From Candidatus Bathyarchaeota archaeon (lineage in GTDB: Archaea; Thermoproteota; Bathyarchaeia; Bathyarchaeales; Bathycorpusculaceae), in NCBI GenBank assembly GCA_963833575.1, contig CAWHXY010000006.1:192001-256000 (forward strand): DNA of 64,000 nucleotides, written 5' to 3'. The position numbers and the translations under genes are program-made. Position 1 is the stretch's first letter, and each line of letters opens with the position of its first letter. This document shows, one piece after another, positions 46,814 to 57,727 of this stretch. Below the pieces are notes generated by a model. That model was not told the origin of the DNA, searched no databases, and saw only the letters and a program-made list of their open reading frames with translations.

Positions 46814-49705
46814 ATGCAATTTGAAGGGTCCAGCTCTGTTTTCGACTTACTTGCTAAACCTGTCCGCAAAGCCTTAGCAGAGCTCAGGTTTTCTAAACCT
46901 ACTTTGCCGCAGACTTTGGCGTTTCCCCCTGTTCTGGAGGGAAAAAATGTGCTTTTGATTGCCCCAACCGGAACGGGAAAAACTGAAGCTGTACTTCTAC
47001 CGGTTTTCTCAAAGCTTATTGAGCAGAAGAATCATGAAAAAGGTGGCATTCAAGTAATTTATATTACGCCTCTTCGTGCGTTGAACCGTGACATGTTTAA
47101 GCGGTTAACATTCTGGAGTGAAAAGTTAGACATAACGGTTGAGGTTCGACATGGCGACACTGAAATGAAAATTCGACGAAAACAAGCAATAAAGCCGCCA
47201 GAAATGTTGGTCACTACGCCTGAAACCTTGCAGGCGATTCTTCCAGGCTCACAAATGCGTCGACACCTTATCAACATCAAATGTGTCATTATTGACGAAG
47301 TGCATGATTTGGCGGAAAGCAAACGCGGAGCTCAACTTTCGATTGCACTTGAACGTATCTTGGAGGTAACGGGCAAAGAGTTCCAGAGAATTGGATTATC
47401 GGCAACCATTGGAAATCCCGATGAGGTTGCAAAGTTTGTTGCTGGAACAGGCAGAGAGATCAGCATTGTTCAGGCAGTTTTAGCTAAAAATTACCGTTAC
47501 CACGTGGAATATTTGACGCCGACTGAAAAGGATTATGAATTGGCTGCAAAACTTGAAACAACTCCTGAGGCATCTACTCGAATTCGACGGTTAACTGAAC
47601 TAATCGATTCGCACAAGTCCTCTTTGGTTTTTGTTAATAGTCGAACTATCGCCGAACTGCTTGGCCATAGATTCGACCAGCTAAACCGCCCAGACATAGC
47701 TGTGCATCATGGATCGCTTTCAAGAGAAGAACGCACCAGCGTTGAAGATGCTTTCAAAGCTGGAACGCTTAAGGCAATTATCTGCACAAGCACATTAGAA
47801 CTCGGCATAGACATAGGCAATGTGGATTTAGTTATTCAATACATGTCACCCAGGCAAGTCAGTAGTCTTATCCAGCGGGTTGGAAGAAGCGGACATAGTC
47901 TTGAACGGCTCTCAGAGGGAGTAATCATCACAGCTTTTCCTGATGATACTTTGGAGTCAATGGCAGCCGTGGAAAACGCGAAACAAAACAAGCTTGAACC
48001 CGTGTTGCTCCACATGAATGCCTTGGATGTCTTGGCTCATCAAATTGCGGGCATACTTATGGATAAGGAAACCATAAGCCAAAGTGAACTCTTAAAAATT
48101 GTCAACCGAGCCTACCCCTACAGCACACTCACTGGGGAGAAGCTTGAGGACATCGTACGGTTTTTAGAAAGCTTTCATAAACTTAGAACAGAGGAAGAAG
48201 GAAAGATTTTGAAGAAAACAGGAAGAACGCGCGAATACTACTACAGCAACCTATCAATGATACCTGACGAAAAACGTTACCCAGTAATCAACATACTTAC
48301 GGACAGAAAAATTGGCACTCTTGGCGATGAATTTATGACGCTTCATGCTCGTGTAGGATTGCATTTTATAATGCGCGGAAAAGTCTGGCGCATGGTCCAA
48401 ATTAACGATGAAACAGGAACAGTGCACGTTGTCCCCGCCGAAGACCCATCAGCCGCGATTCCAGGCTGGGACGGAGAAATCCTTCCAGTACCTTTTGACT
48501 TAGCACAACAAACAGGAGAAATGCGAGAAAAACTCGGCAAACTAATTAGAACCGGCAAAAAACCCGAAGCAGCAGCTAAAGAGTTAGCCACTGAACTAAA
48601 AACGGATAAGGCAACACTTCTTGACGCAGCCATTGAAATTGATGAATACCTGAAATCTGGAGCACCTTTGCCCAACCAGAATCGAATAGTTATAGAAACA
48701 TTAGACCGCTACATCGTTGTTCATGCCTGTTTTGGCGAGATTGTTAACCGCACCCTTGGCGGAATCTTTGATTCGGTTCTGTCCGAACGGGAGGCAATAA
48801 CAGGATTGTGGACAGACGGCTACCGAATCCTGCTTGAAACCACCCATAAATTATCTAGACTGGAGATTGAAGGCTTACCCAAAGAGCTCTTCCCTTTAAC
48901 CGATGAACGCATTGACGAAGCTTTTTTGAACTATGTAAACTCAAAGTTCCCTTTTGTTGCAAGAATGAAGGCTATTGCTGAAAGATTTGGTGCCATGCCA
49001 AGAGGAAAAACATTAGCCCATTCTGAGCGAGGAGAAAAACTCAAAGCTGCTTTTGAAGGCACTCCAATTTACGATGAAACTTTACGGGAAGCCATGATGG
49101 ACAAGGTTGACTTAAAAAAGACCAAGCAAATAATACATGAGATAAAAGAGGGAAAAATAACTGTCAACACGCTTGCCCGTGAATCACCGACGCCTTTGGC
49201 ATATCACATTTTGATGCAGTACGCCGACACGGCAGAACTGATGGCGCCTGAACATGTAATCTTAAGCAACATTGACAGAATGAAACATTCTATCGAAGTC
49301 AGAACTGCCAGACTACTTTGCATGAACTGCGGAATATGGACAACTCAAGTTCGTATAAAAGATTTACCCGATGAGCCACAATGTGGAAACTGTCATTCAC
49401 GTTTACTCACCCAGTTGTATTTTAGCCAAGACGTAGAGAAGTTGAAGGTGGATTTACAAAAGCGCCGTGAAGGGAAAGAACTTACTCCTGAAGAACTCAA
49501 GGAACTAAGCACTGCCAGACGCAAAGCCGATTTGATACTGAGCTATGGAAAGCAGGCAGTTAAAGCGTTGCAGGTGAAAGGGGTGGGTCCCGAAACTGCA
49601 TCTCGTATTCTAGGAAAGATGCATCCTATAGAAGAACAATTCTACATGGATTTGCTAAAAGCAAAAATTCAGTATTTGCGAACTAGAGAATTCTGGGACA
49701 AATAA
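46814..49705 (+). CDS. lhr: Lhr family SF2 helicase with C-terminal Zn finger
   Basis: APTGTGKTEA, PLRALNRD, TTPETL, DEVH, HHGSLS, TLELGIDIG, QRVGRSGH; CMNC/CGNC. Confidence 0.92.
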   Translation: MQFEGSSSVFDLLAKPVRKALAELRFSKPTLPQTLAFPPVLEGKNVLLIAPTGTGKTEAVLLPVFSKLIEQKNHEKGGIQVIYITPLRALNRDMFKRLTFWSEKLDITVEVRHGDTEMKIRRKQAIKPPEMLVTTPETLQAILPGSQMRRHLINIKCVIIDEVHDLAESKRGAQLSIALERILEVTGKEFQRIGLSATIGNPDEVAKFVAGTGREISIVQAVLAKNYRYHVEYLTPTEKDYELAAKLETTPEASTRIRRLTELIDSHKSSLVFVNSRTIAELLGHRFDQLNRPDIAVHHGSLSREERTSVEDAFKAGTLKAIICTSTLELGIDIGNVDLVIQYMSPRQVSSLIQRVGRSGHSLERLSEGVIITAFPDDTLESMAAVENAKQNKLEPVLLHMNALDVLAHQIAGILMDKETISQSELLKIVNRAYPYSTLTGEKLEDIVRFLESFHKLRTEEEGKILKKTGRTREYYYSNLSMIPDEKRYPVINILTDRKIGTLGDEFMTLHARVGLHFIMRGKVWRMVQINDETGTVHVVPAEDPSAAIPGWDGEILPVPFDLAQQTGEMREKLGKLIRTGKKPEAAAKELATELKTDKATLLDAAIEIDEYLKSGAPLPNQNRIVIETLDRYIVVHACFGEIVNRTLGGIFDSVLSEREAITGLWTDGYRILLETTHKLSRLEIEGLPKELFPLTDERIDEAFLNYVNSKFPFVARMKAIAERFGAMPRGKTLAHSERGEKLKAAFEGTPIYDETLREAMMDKVDLKKTKQIIHEIKEGKITVNTLARESPTPLAYHILMQYADTAELMAPEHVILSNIDRMKHSIEVRTARLLCMNCGIWTTQVRIKDLPDEPQCGNCHSRLLTQLYFSQDVEKLKVDLQKRREGKELTPEELKELSTARRKADLILSYGKQAVKALQVKGVGPETASRILGKMHPIEEQFYMDLLKAKIQYLRTREFWDK

Positions 49706-49765
49706 GTGCTGGATGCTTTGCAAGGTTTTAATAATTAATTATTTGAATCTTTCGATTATCGTGAG

Positions 49766-51064
49766 TTGACAGTGGAAAAACAAGAACCCAAGAAACTGAA
49801 ATGTTCAATTGGTTTATGGAGTGCCGTCGCCATTAACGTAGGCGCAATTATAGGGGGCGGAATCTTCGTTGTCACTGGCATCGTTGCTGGTTACGCTGGC
49901 TCAGCACTTATCATATCCATGATCATCGCAGGCATTATAGCCACGATTACGACAAAAAGCTTTGCAAAGCTAGCAGCGTGGCAACCTGTAGAAGGAGGCG
50001 TTTACGAATATGGGCGACAGCTTGTTTCGCCTTTTTCTGGTTTCTTGGCGGGTTGGATGTGGCTAGTCGCTAACACTTTCACGGGAGCAGCAGTTTCCCT
50101 TGGGTTTGCATATTATTTGACTGCGGCTTTTCCAGGTTTACCAAGCAATCTAGTGGCGGCTACTTTGTGATTAGGTTTTACCGCCTTGAATTTGGTTGGA
50201 GCCAAAGAATCAACAGGAGTCAACAACGTTCTGGTGAGCATTAAGGTCGCAGTGCTAGCGTTTTTCGTGGTTTTCGGCTCTCTACACTTTAACTCAGCCA
50301 ACTTTATTCCCTTTCAACCTTTAACAAGCGGTGTCCTCTATGGATCTTTTTTTATCTTCTTTGCTTACGGCGGCTTTGCAAGGGTAACAGTTGTTGCGGA
50401 AGAAGTGAAAGATGCTAAACGAAACGTGCCTAAAGCGTTGCTTTTATCGCTGGGTATCTCAATAATTGTCTATGTGTTAGTTGGTGTAATAGCTGTTGGA
50501 TTGCTCAAACCTGCAGGATTAGCAGCTTCAGGTTCACCATTAACAGCGGCTATGAGTGTTACCGGCAACTCGCTGGCTCTCAACATCATCTCAGTTGGCG
50601 GCTTAGTGGCTACTGCAAGCGTTTTGCTAACAGCGATTTTGGGGGTTTCAAGAATGGCTTATTCTATGGCTCGCAGAAACGATTTGCCGTCGGTTTTGGC
50701 TCGGTTGCATTACAAGTTTTTTACTCCGAACTATGCGATTTTAGGCACTGTCGTTTCAATGACTTTGCTAGTCCTGCTAATCCCGAACTTAACCTCGATT
50801 GTCGCAATCAGCACGTTTGCTCTTTTGTTTAACTACTCCATTACTAACATTGCTGCTTTCAAACTGAAGGAAAAAAAGGAACGCAACAAAGTTTTGCCAA
50901 TGTTTGGTTTAGCAACCTGCATATTGTTGTTGGCATTTTTACTTTTAGCTTCAACAGAAGCATTGATAATCGGCGTTGCTTTCCTTATTGCAGGTACAGT
51001 TTACTACGCAGCCTGGAAAAAGCGCAGACGAGCACATAAGAAAAACGCGCCTATGCTGCGATAA
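49766..51064 (+). pseudogene. APC family amino acid permease interrupted by one in-frame TGA (50168-50170)
   Basis: GAIIGGGIF and FFAYGGF halves lie in the same frame: ...VAATL*LGFTALNLVG... Confidence 0.8.
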
Positions 51065-51107
51065 GGATTTTAAGTTTAAGTTTGGTTTAGCTGTAAGGAA
51101 AAATGCA

Positions 51108-51824
51108 ATGCCGATTAAAGCTGTCTTATTTGATATGTTCGATACAATCATGATGATCAGAAAAAATCATGATTTCTATAGTCCAGCATTAATGCGAATG
51201 TATAGGTTCCTCAACAAAAAGGCCATAGATGTCTCCTTTGACACCTTCGAAAAAGCTTACGTTAAAACGCGTGATGAGCTTTATGCTAAAGTAGATGCTG
51301 ACCTTGGGGAGCCTCACTTCAACGTTCGAGTCTCTGAAACTCTCAAAAGCTTGGAATTTAACTATGATGTTTCCAGTCCCCTCGTAACCGAGGCGACTAG
51401 CGAGTTTTGTGAAGAATTTATGACGTTTGTTTACTTAGACCAAGATGCCAAAACTGTTCTTCAGGCGCTTCATAGAAAATATCAAATAGGGATAGTCTCA
51501 AATTTTGCCATACCTGAATGCATCGATAAACTGCTTAAAAATCACGGTTTAGACGAGTTGCTAAACGTGGTCGTTGTTTCAGCAGCTGTTAATAAACGTA
51601 AACCCAGCCAGGAAATTTTCGAAAACGCTTTGAAAGCGCTGGGCGTTTCTGCAGAGGAAACTGTTTTTGTAGGCGACACTCTAGATGCAGATATTGAAGG
51701 CGCTAAAGGAGTAGGTATGAGAGCTGTATATATCGAAAGACGAAATCAAGAGGCGGGACGTTTTAAGCCGGACAAAACCATAAAGCACCTATGCGAACTT
51801 ACTTCAGCGCTTGAAGAATTATAG
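51108..51824 (+). CDS. HAD superfamily hydrolase
   Basis: FDMFDT, IVSN, KP, VGDTLDADIEGA. Confidence 0.9.
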   Translation: MPIKAVLFDMFDTIMMIRKNHDFYSPALMRMYRFLNKKAIDVSFDTFEKAYVKTRDELYAKVDADLGEPHFNVRVSETLKSLEFNYDVSSPLVTEATSEFCEEFMTFVYLDQDAKTVLQALHRKYQIGIVSNFAIPECIDKLLKNHGLDELLNVVVVSAAVNKRKPSQEIFENALKALGVSAEETVFVGDTLDADIEGAKGVGMRAVYIERRNQEAGRFKPDKTIKHLCELTSALEEL

Positions 51825-51875
51825 GTATTAAGAAATATAGAAAACCTTTACTTTATCAGAAAGAAAAACAACAAG

Positions 51876-52382
51876 GTGAAAAGGATGCTCATAGGCGCAA
51901 TTTCAGATACGCATGATAATTTGCCTCAAATAGAAAAAGCAGTAAAATATTTGAATGAACAAAACGTGGGTTTAGTGCTTCACGCTGGAGATTATGTTGC
52001 AGGTTTTGTTATCCCCAAATTCAAAAAGTTAAACTGCAAACTCATCGGCGTCTTCGGCAATAACGACGGAGACCACGAATTACTAAAGAAACGGTTTAGT
52101 GAAACCACAAACTGTGAAATCCATGACAGATTTGCATCAATAGAATTGGAACACTACAGATTAGCTCTTTTACACGGCACAGAAACTGAACTGCTCAAAG
52201 TTATAATTGACAGTGGTTACTTTAGCGCTGTCATTCATGGCCACTCGCACAACAAAAGCATTGAATTAAGAGGAAAAACCTTAGCCATTAACCCTGGAGA
52301 ACTCTGCGGGTACCTGACAGGAAAATCAACAGTAGCAATAATAGATACCGATAAGCAAGAAGCAAAAATAATTGAACTGTAA
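51876..52382 (+). CDS. YfcE/Vps29-like metallophosphoesterase
   Basis: SDTHDN, HAGD, GNND, HG, GHSH, NPG. Confidence 0.92.
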   Translation: MKRMLIGAISDTHDNLPQIEKAVKYLNEQNVGLVLHAGDYVAGFVIPKFKKLNCKLIGVFGNNDGDHELLKKRFSETTNCEIHDRFASIELEHYRLALLHGTETELLKVIIDSGYFSAVIHGHSHNKSIELRGKTLAINPGELCGYLTGKSTVAIIDTDKQEAKIIEL

Positions 52383-52494
52383 GCTGCAATAATAGTGTTT
52401 AAAACTAAAGAACCTTATAGACCATCTAAAAAATGAAAAATGTTATAGTGAGCCATTTAGACAGATTTAATTGGGTTGAAATTTATTCATTGTT

Positions 52495-53844
52495 ATGCTT
52501 CGCTTGTGGTTTGACAAAGGCACACTTCTTTTGAAAGGCGAAGTGGGAACTCCTTACGGAAAATGGGATCCAAGAGTTGGCTGCTACAGAATTAAATCAT
52601 ACCATTATCGAGATGTTTTGGAGTACTTTGCTGAAAGCCGACTTAGAGTTGGGGATGACTCTCCAGCGCTGCCCCCTATTGAACAGATTAAAAGCAATGT
52701 TGCGCTCAGGGATTACCAGAACGAGGCTTTGGACAATTGGTACCGAGCCCGCAACAGAGGGATTCTGGTATTGCCAACTGCAGCTGGAAAGACCTTCATC
52801 GCGTTAAAGGCAATTGAACGATTAAAAGTGCAGACGTTAATTGTTGTTCCAACATTGGACCTGATTGATCAATGGAGAAAACGGGTAAAGGAGTGCCTTA
52901 ACTTGGAAGTAGGTGCTGTTTGCGGAGGTGAAAACACCATTCGGATGGTGACGATTACAACATATGATTCAGCATACATACGCGCGGGACAGCTCGGCAA
53001 CAAATTCATGTTACTAGTTTTCGATGAGGTCCATCATTTAGCGTCTACAGGGTACATCCAGATTGCTGAGATGTTTATTGCACCTTACCGTATGGGCTTA
53101 ACTGCCACATACGAAAGAAGTGATCAGAGGCATTCTCTTCTCTCTCAACTTGTCGGCGACCCAGTTTATTCAGTTGGCATCGAAGAACTATCGGGAGAAC
53201 ATCTCTCGCCATACACGTACGAAAAAATACTAGTTGAGCTGACTCCCCAAGAGCAACAAATCTACGAGTCGCAAATGGCGATTTTTAGAAGCTTTCTTCG
53301 AAAACGAAAAATCATTTTGAGAAGCCCTGCCGACTTCCAAAAATTCATAATGACTACGGGAAAGGATCCTAAGGCTCGCGAAGCATTACTCGCAAGAAAC
53401 CGAGCCGTGAAGGTTGCAGTGAACTCTGAAACCAAGCTAAAACTGTTAGCCCAAAAACTTGAAGATTACAAGAATGAGAAAATCCTGATTTTTACTCTCT
53501 TTAATGATCTGGTTTACACAATCAGCATGCGCTTTTTAATTCCAGCGATCACATATCAGACACCTAGGGAAGAACGTCGAGAAATATTGTCAAATTTCGG
53601 GAAAGGCAAGTACCCCGTTGTTGTTACTTCTCAGGTGCTCGACGAAGGTTTGGATGTACCCGACGCTTCAGTAGGCTTAGTCTTAGGTGGGACGGGAAGC
53701 AACAGAGAATACGTCCAAAGACTCGGACGATTACTCAGAAAGAAAGAAGGCAAAACAGCTCAGCTAATCGAAATAGTTTCCAAAGAAACAATGGAAGTAG
53801 CGACAAGTCGCAGGCGCCACCAAAAAACTGGAGAAGCAGCATAA
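52495..53844 (+). CDS. xpb: XPB helicase
   Basis: LRDYQ, LPTAAGKT, DEVHH, GLTAT, VLDEGLDVP, QRLGRLLR; adjacent to Bax1. Confidence 0.9.
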   Translation: MLRLWFDKGTLLLKGEVGTPYGKWDPRVGCYRIKSYHYRDVLEYFAESRLRVGDDSPALPPIEQIKSNVALRDYQNEALDNWYRARNRGILVLPTAAGKTFIALKAIERLKVQTLIVVPTLDLIDQWRKRVKECLNLEVGAVCGGENTIRMVTITTYDSAYIRAGQLGNKFMLLVFDEVHHLASTGYIQIAEMFIAPYRMGLTATYERSDQRHSLLSQLVGDPVYSVGIEELSGEHLSPYTYEKILVELTPQEQQIYESQMAIFRSFLRKRKIILRSPADFQKFIMTTGKDPKAREALLARNRAVKVAVNSETKLKLLAQKLEDYKNEKILIFTLFNDLVYTISMRFLIPAITYQTPREERREILSNFGKGKYPVVVTSQVLDEGLDVPDASVGLVLGGTGSNREYVQRLGRLLRKKEGKTAQLIEIVSKETMEVATSRRRHQKTGEAA

Positions 53845-55401
53845 ATGTTTCCAAGCAATTTGCTTTCAGTGTGGAAAAGAAAAGGCGAGATCCTACCGCG
53901 ATACGCCAAACCTTCCACAATTAACGATGAGGCTGCGAACACTCTAATCGAAGCTTACAAGGTACACATTGGAGAAAAAAAGAAAGCCCTAAAAGCCATA
54001 GTCACGGAATTGGAAGACAAAGGCTACGAGTACCGCTTTGTCAGGGCACTGTCATTGCTGCTTGACCGAAAAAGCACATTTGTCTTTCAGAGCAAAATTG
54101 ACCCTGTTGATTTGCGCAGAAAAATATTTCAGGTCACCGAAAAACTGGGTATACCTACTACTTCTGAAAAAAGACAAAAAATACTAGCAATCGTAGCTTC
54201 TGAAATGAGACTATCAAAAGATGATGTTGAAAAAAATTTTTACTCTGATTTAGATAGTGAATTGGTTCTTGAGAAGTTTAGGGCGCCTTCAGCCTTTGAG
54301 CTGCTGGAGGAATATAATTTGGGGTTGACGCAGACGTTACTTTTTGATGCTACAGAGCTAAATTTCACAGCTTCAGGTAACTGGCAAGATATCTTCCATG
54401 CGATAAAGAAATTTGGGTTGATTTATGAAGTTTGCAACGATAATGGTTTGTGGGTTAAAATAGACGGCCCAGGCAGCTTGTTCAAGCTAACTCGAAGATA
54501 CGGAGTGGGGATGGCCAAGCTGTTGCCAATCATCATCGCTAACCCCGATTGGAAGATTAATGCAAAGGTTCTATGGAAATTTACAAACGAAATCTACGAC
54601 TTCAAAATTGAAAGCCAAAAATACGCATCTTTACTAAAGAAACCGCGCTTGCCCACTGTGATTTATGACAGCTCTATGGAATTGGATTTTGCCTCCCAGT
54701 TTCAAGCCTTAACTACTGGCTGGGTTTTGAAAAGGGAACCTGAACCTGTAATTGCCGGGAAAAACGTGATTATTCCCGATTTCTCCCTCGAAAAAGCGGG
54801 TATCAAAATCTTTTTGGAAATTGTTGGATTCTGGACAGAAGAGTATTTGCTGCGGAAAATAGAGAAATTAAAGCAAGTAGAAGTAAAAACGCTTCTATTG
54901 GTTAACGAGTCTTTGGCTTGCGAAAAACTCTCTGCCTTAGAAAAACGCTCACAGATTGACATTATTTATTACCACAACAAAATTCCTCTCGGTCCGATCT
55001 TGAGATATTTGGAAACAAAATTTGAAGAAGCCAAATCTAAAGAAATCACGCTTCTAGAGAGTTTGACAATTAAATTTACTGAACCAATAGTTTCTTTCAA
55101 GGAATTTGCTGATAGAATTGGCGTTTCAACGGAAGCGGCAAGAGCCTTCCTTGTAGCGAATCCACCTTCAGGCTATATCGCGATAGCTAATACTTTGATT
55201 AGTAACAAAAAACTTCTGCAAATCGATGCAAGAATTAAAGAAAACATAAGTCGTTTGGGAAAACTACGTCTTAGAGAAGCAGCAAGAATCATCGAAGAGG
55301 AGGGAGTAGATGACTCAGCTAATGTTTTGGCAGCACTTAGCTACAAAATCCTGTGGCGGGGAATCGATAGCGATCAAGCACAAGTGGAACCATCACAATG
55401 A
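53845..55401 (+). CDS. bax1: Bax1 nuclease (DUF790)
   Basis: DGPGSLFKLTRRYG, YDSSME..F, REPEP, IPDF, EIVGFWTEEYL. Confidence 0.9.
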   Translation: MFPSNLLSVWKRKGEILPRYAKPSTINDEAANTLIEAYKVHIGEKKKALKAIVTELEDKGYEYRFVRALSLLLDRKSTFVFQSKIDPVDLRRKIFQVTEKLGIPTTSEKRQKILAIVASEMRLSKDDVEKNFYSDLDSELVLEKFRAPSAFELLEEYNLGLTQTLLFDATELNFTASGNWQDIFHAIKKFGLIYEVCNDNGLWVKIDGPGSLFKLTRRYGVGMAKLLPIIIANPDWKINAKVLWKFTNEIYDFKIESQKYASLLKKPRLPTVIYDSSMELDFASQFQALTTGWVLKREPEPVIAGKNVIIPDFSLEKAGIKIFLEIVGFWTEEYLLRKIEKLKQVEVKTLLLVNESLACEKLSALEKRSQIDIIYYHNKIPLGPILRYLETKFEEAKSKEITLLESLTIKFTEPIVSFKEFADRIGVSTEAARAFLVANPPSGYIAIANTLISNKKLLQIDARIKENISRLGKLRLREAARIIEEEGVDDSANVLAALSYKILWRGIDSDQAQVEPSQ

Positions 55402-55457
55402 GAATTTCATTTTTTGTTTTGTATAGCTTCAACTGCAAAACTTGCTAATCCAAGTAA

Positions 55458-56390
55458 TTATTGGCTTTTATTATATGGCTCTCTTAGCTGGTTCGATTTC
55501 ATGAATAGTTGTTTTAATTCTTCGTCACTCGCGCCCTGGCGCATGGGTGTCAGGATGTCGATTAGGTTATCATTTCTCATGAGACAAGGTTTTAGTTTGC
55601 CGTCGCTTGTAACGCGCATTCGGGTGCAGTGCATACAGAAGTCGCTGTTTTCTATCGGATGTACTACTTCAACGGTTACTTTGGGCAGATGATAAATTAA
55701 CCGGTCGTGCATGAATGGTCTTTTCTCAACAGTTACAGCTTTTTCTTTAAGCATTTGCTCTTGCTCATCTAAACTGCGGTGATGCGTCGAATAGTAGCTA
55801 CTTGTTACATTTATGGGATCAAGCTCTATCAGCTGCAATATAACGCCAGTTTTCCGAGAATACTCTATCATCTCTGGTACGTCGCCCACATTTACGTCTT
55901 TTAAGAGAACCATATTGAGCTTTACTGGGCAGAAACCAGCTTCAACGGCTGCTTTGACTCCTGCTAATGCCTGGCGCAGATTTCCTCCCGTTAATTTATG
56001 ATAAGTTTCCGGATTTATTGATGGCAAACTAATGTTAACGCGTTTCAATCCGCGTTCGTGTAAAATCATAGCAGTGTCATTGAGCAATAAACCGTTAGTT
56101 GTTAGTGACAAATCCTTTAAGCCAGGCAATGAGCATATTCCAGAGATGATTTCAGGGAGGTCTTTGCGCATGAGTGGTTCTCCACCTGTAAGTTTTACTC
56201 GTGCAATGCCCAAGCTAACAGCTATTTTGGCTATTCGCACAATTTCTTCAACCGTCATTTTCTCTGCGGAAACGTTGGCGTGTTTTACTTCGCCTTCCCT
56301 GTGGCAGAATAAGCAACGATTGTTGCACTGCTGAGTAATCGATATCCTGAGGTTAAGAAGTGGTCTGCCACAATTATCCGTTAAACTCAT
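55458..56390 (-). CDS. moaA: GTP 3',8-cyclase
   Basis: LRISITQQCNNRCLFC, TGGEPL, FCMHCTRMRVTSDGKLKPCL. Confidence 0.95.
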   Translation of the reverse strand: MSLTDNCGRPLLNLRISITQQCNNRCLFCHREGEVKHANVSAEKMTVEEIVRIAKIAVSLGIARVKLTGGEPLMRKDLPEIISGICSLPGLKDLSLTTNGLLLNDTAMILHERGLKRVNISLPSINPETYHKLTGGNLRQALAGVKAAVEAGFCPVKLNMVLLKDVNVGDVPEMIEYSRKTGVILQLIELDPINVTSSYYSTHHRSLDEQEQMLKEKAVTVEKRPFMHDRLIYHLPKVTVEVVHPIENSDFCMHCTRMRVTSDGKLKPCLMRNDNLIDILTPMRQGASDEELKQLFMKSNQLREPYNKSQ

Positions 56391-56393
56391 TCG

Positions 56394-56927
56394 TTATTCC
56401 CGCGCGTGCTTAACGATGTGAGGAGCCTCAGGCAAAATAAGCATTTCTACCGCAACTCGCACTGCATCAGGGGAACCTGGGATACAAAACAAAGCTTTGC
56501 CCTTGGCTACTCCAGCCGCGGCACGGGACAAAACCGCAGCAGAACCAACCCGATCGAAACTTATACGCCTAAAAAACTCGCCGAATCCTGGCAGGGTTTT
56601 CTCAAAAAAAGGTGTTACCGTTTCGATTGTTATGTCTGTTGTAGTGATTCCTGTTCCGCCAGAGAAAATCGCTACATCCAAATCCGACAAACCCAAGGCA
56701 TCTTCCACAGCATCCTGAATTATTGTTTCGTCGTCAGCAATTATTTTTTTAAAAAGCACGTTTTGACCAGCGTTTCTAAGTAAATTGACAATTGTGTCGC
56801 CTCCAACATCACTAATCTCCGCTTCGCCTTGCTCAATTAGCTTGTTACGTGATGTGCTACAGACGTAAATGCAGAAATTCAAAACTTTAGGTGCCTTAGA
56901 CTTATGTTCTTTAGAGCTTTCACTCAT
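56394..56927 (-). CDS. moaB: Molybdopterin adenylyltransferase MoaB/Mog
   Basis: SGGTGITTTDIT, LPGFGEFFR, SRAAAG, IPGSP. Confidence 0.92.
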   Translation of the reverse strand: MSESSKEHKSKAPKVLNFCIYVCSTSRNKLIEQGEAEISDVGGDTIVNLLRNAGQNVLFKKIIADDETIIQDAVEDALGLSDLDVAIFSGGTGITTTDITIETVTPFFEKTLPGFGEFFRRISFDRVGSAAVLSRAAAGVAKGKALFCIPGSPDAVRVAVEMLILPEAPHIVKHARE

Positions 56928-56931
56928 ACGT

Positions 56932-57369
56932 TCACGCCTGCTTAAACTTGCGCACAACATGAATATTCTCAATCGCTGTAGAAGGATACTGCCCAGCTGC
57001 GTCTTTTTCATATTGCTTGGTCATGTCCCAAACAGTTAACAGGGCTACAGAAACCGCGGTTAATGCTTCCATTTCTACTCCAGTTTGCGCCTTCGTTTTA
57101 ACAGTAGCTGTAGCCTGCACTGTGTTCTTGTCAGATACTTTGACGTCAACTTCCACGTTTGTTAGAGGCAAGGGGTGACAAAGGGGAATTAGATCGCTTG
57201 TCTTCTTGGCTGCAATTACGCCTGCGATTTTCGCTGTGTAAAGCGGGTCGCCCTTTGCGATTTTTCCATTTGTAATTAAATTAATTGTCTCAACCTTCAA
57301 CTTTATAGTTCCGGTTGCAGTCGCTTCACGAAAAATTTCAGCTTTGCCTGATACATCAACCATTGCCAA
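56932..57369 (-). CDS. moaC: Cyclic pyranopterin monophosphate synthase
   Basis: MVDVSGK, LIPLCHPL, TGVEMEAL. Confidence 0.95.
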   Translation of the reverse strand: MAMVDVSGKAEIFREATATGTIKLKVETINLITNGKIAKGDPLYTAKIAGVIAAKKTSDLIPLCHPLPLTNVEVDVKVSDKNTVQATATVKTKAQTGVEMEALTAVSVALLTVWDMTKQYEKDAAGQYPSTAIENIHVVRKFKQA

Positions 57370-57426
57370 AGTTTTTTCCTCTAAGAACTTTATGTTCAGT
57401 TGAATATTTTGTTTTCCGCTCTTTTA

Positions 57427-57720
57427 TTACTTGGTGTGGAGACCTTTTGTTTTTTCTTGATCTTCTTTCCAAGTTTCTATTAGGTTTTGAACAGCTTTGG
57501 CTTTCGTTGAACCCACATTAAATCTGTACATCCGAACTCGGCCGTAAGTGAGCTCCTGTAGAATTCCCTCAGCCTCTAAAATTTTTAAGTGTTCAGAAGT
57601 CGAGGCAAAATTGGTTTTAAGCCGCCTTGCAATATCTGAAACATTAAGCGAACCCAGATCATTGATAAGTTTTAAAATTTTCATTCGAAGCTTTGATGAA
57701 AAAATCTCTTCTATCTCCAT
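57427..57720 (-). CDS. ArsR-like winged-helix protein
   Basis: RMKILKLI...LNVSDIARRL...SEHLKILEAEGIL. Confidence 0.8.
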   Translation of the reverse strand: MEIEEIFSSKLRMKILKLINDLGSLNVSDIARRLKTNFASTSEHLKILEAEGILQELTYGRVRMYRFNVGSTKAKAVQNLIETWKEDQEKTKGLHTK

Positions 57721-57727
57721 AGCCTTT

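Noticed and set aside
50168-51110. Selenocysteine recoding of the permease TGA
   Set aside because: Non-redox TM position, no recognisable SECIS, and HdrA/MvhD in this window use Cys at typical Sec sites
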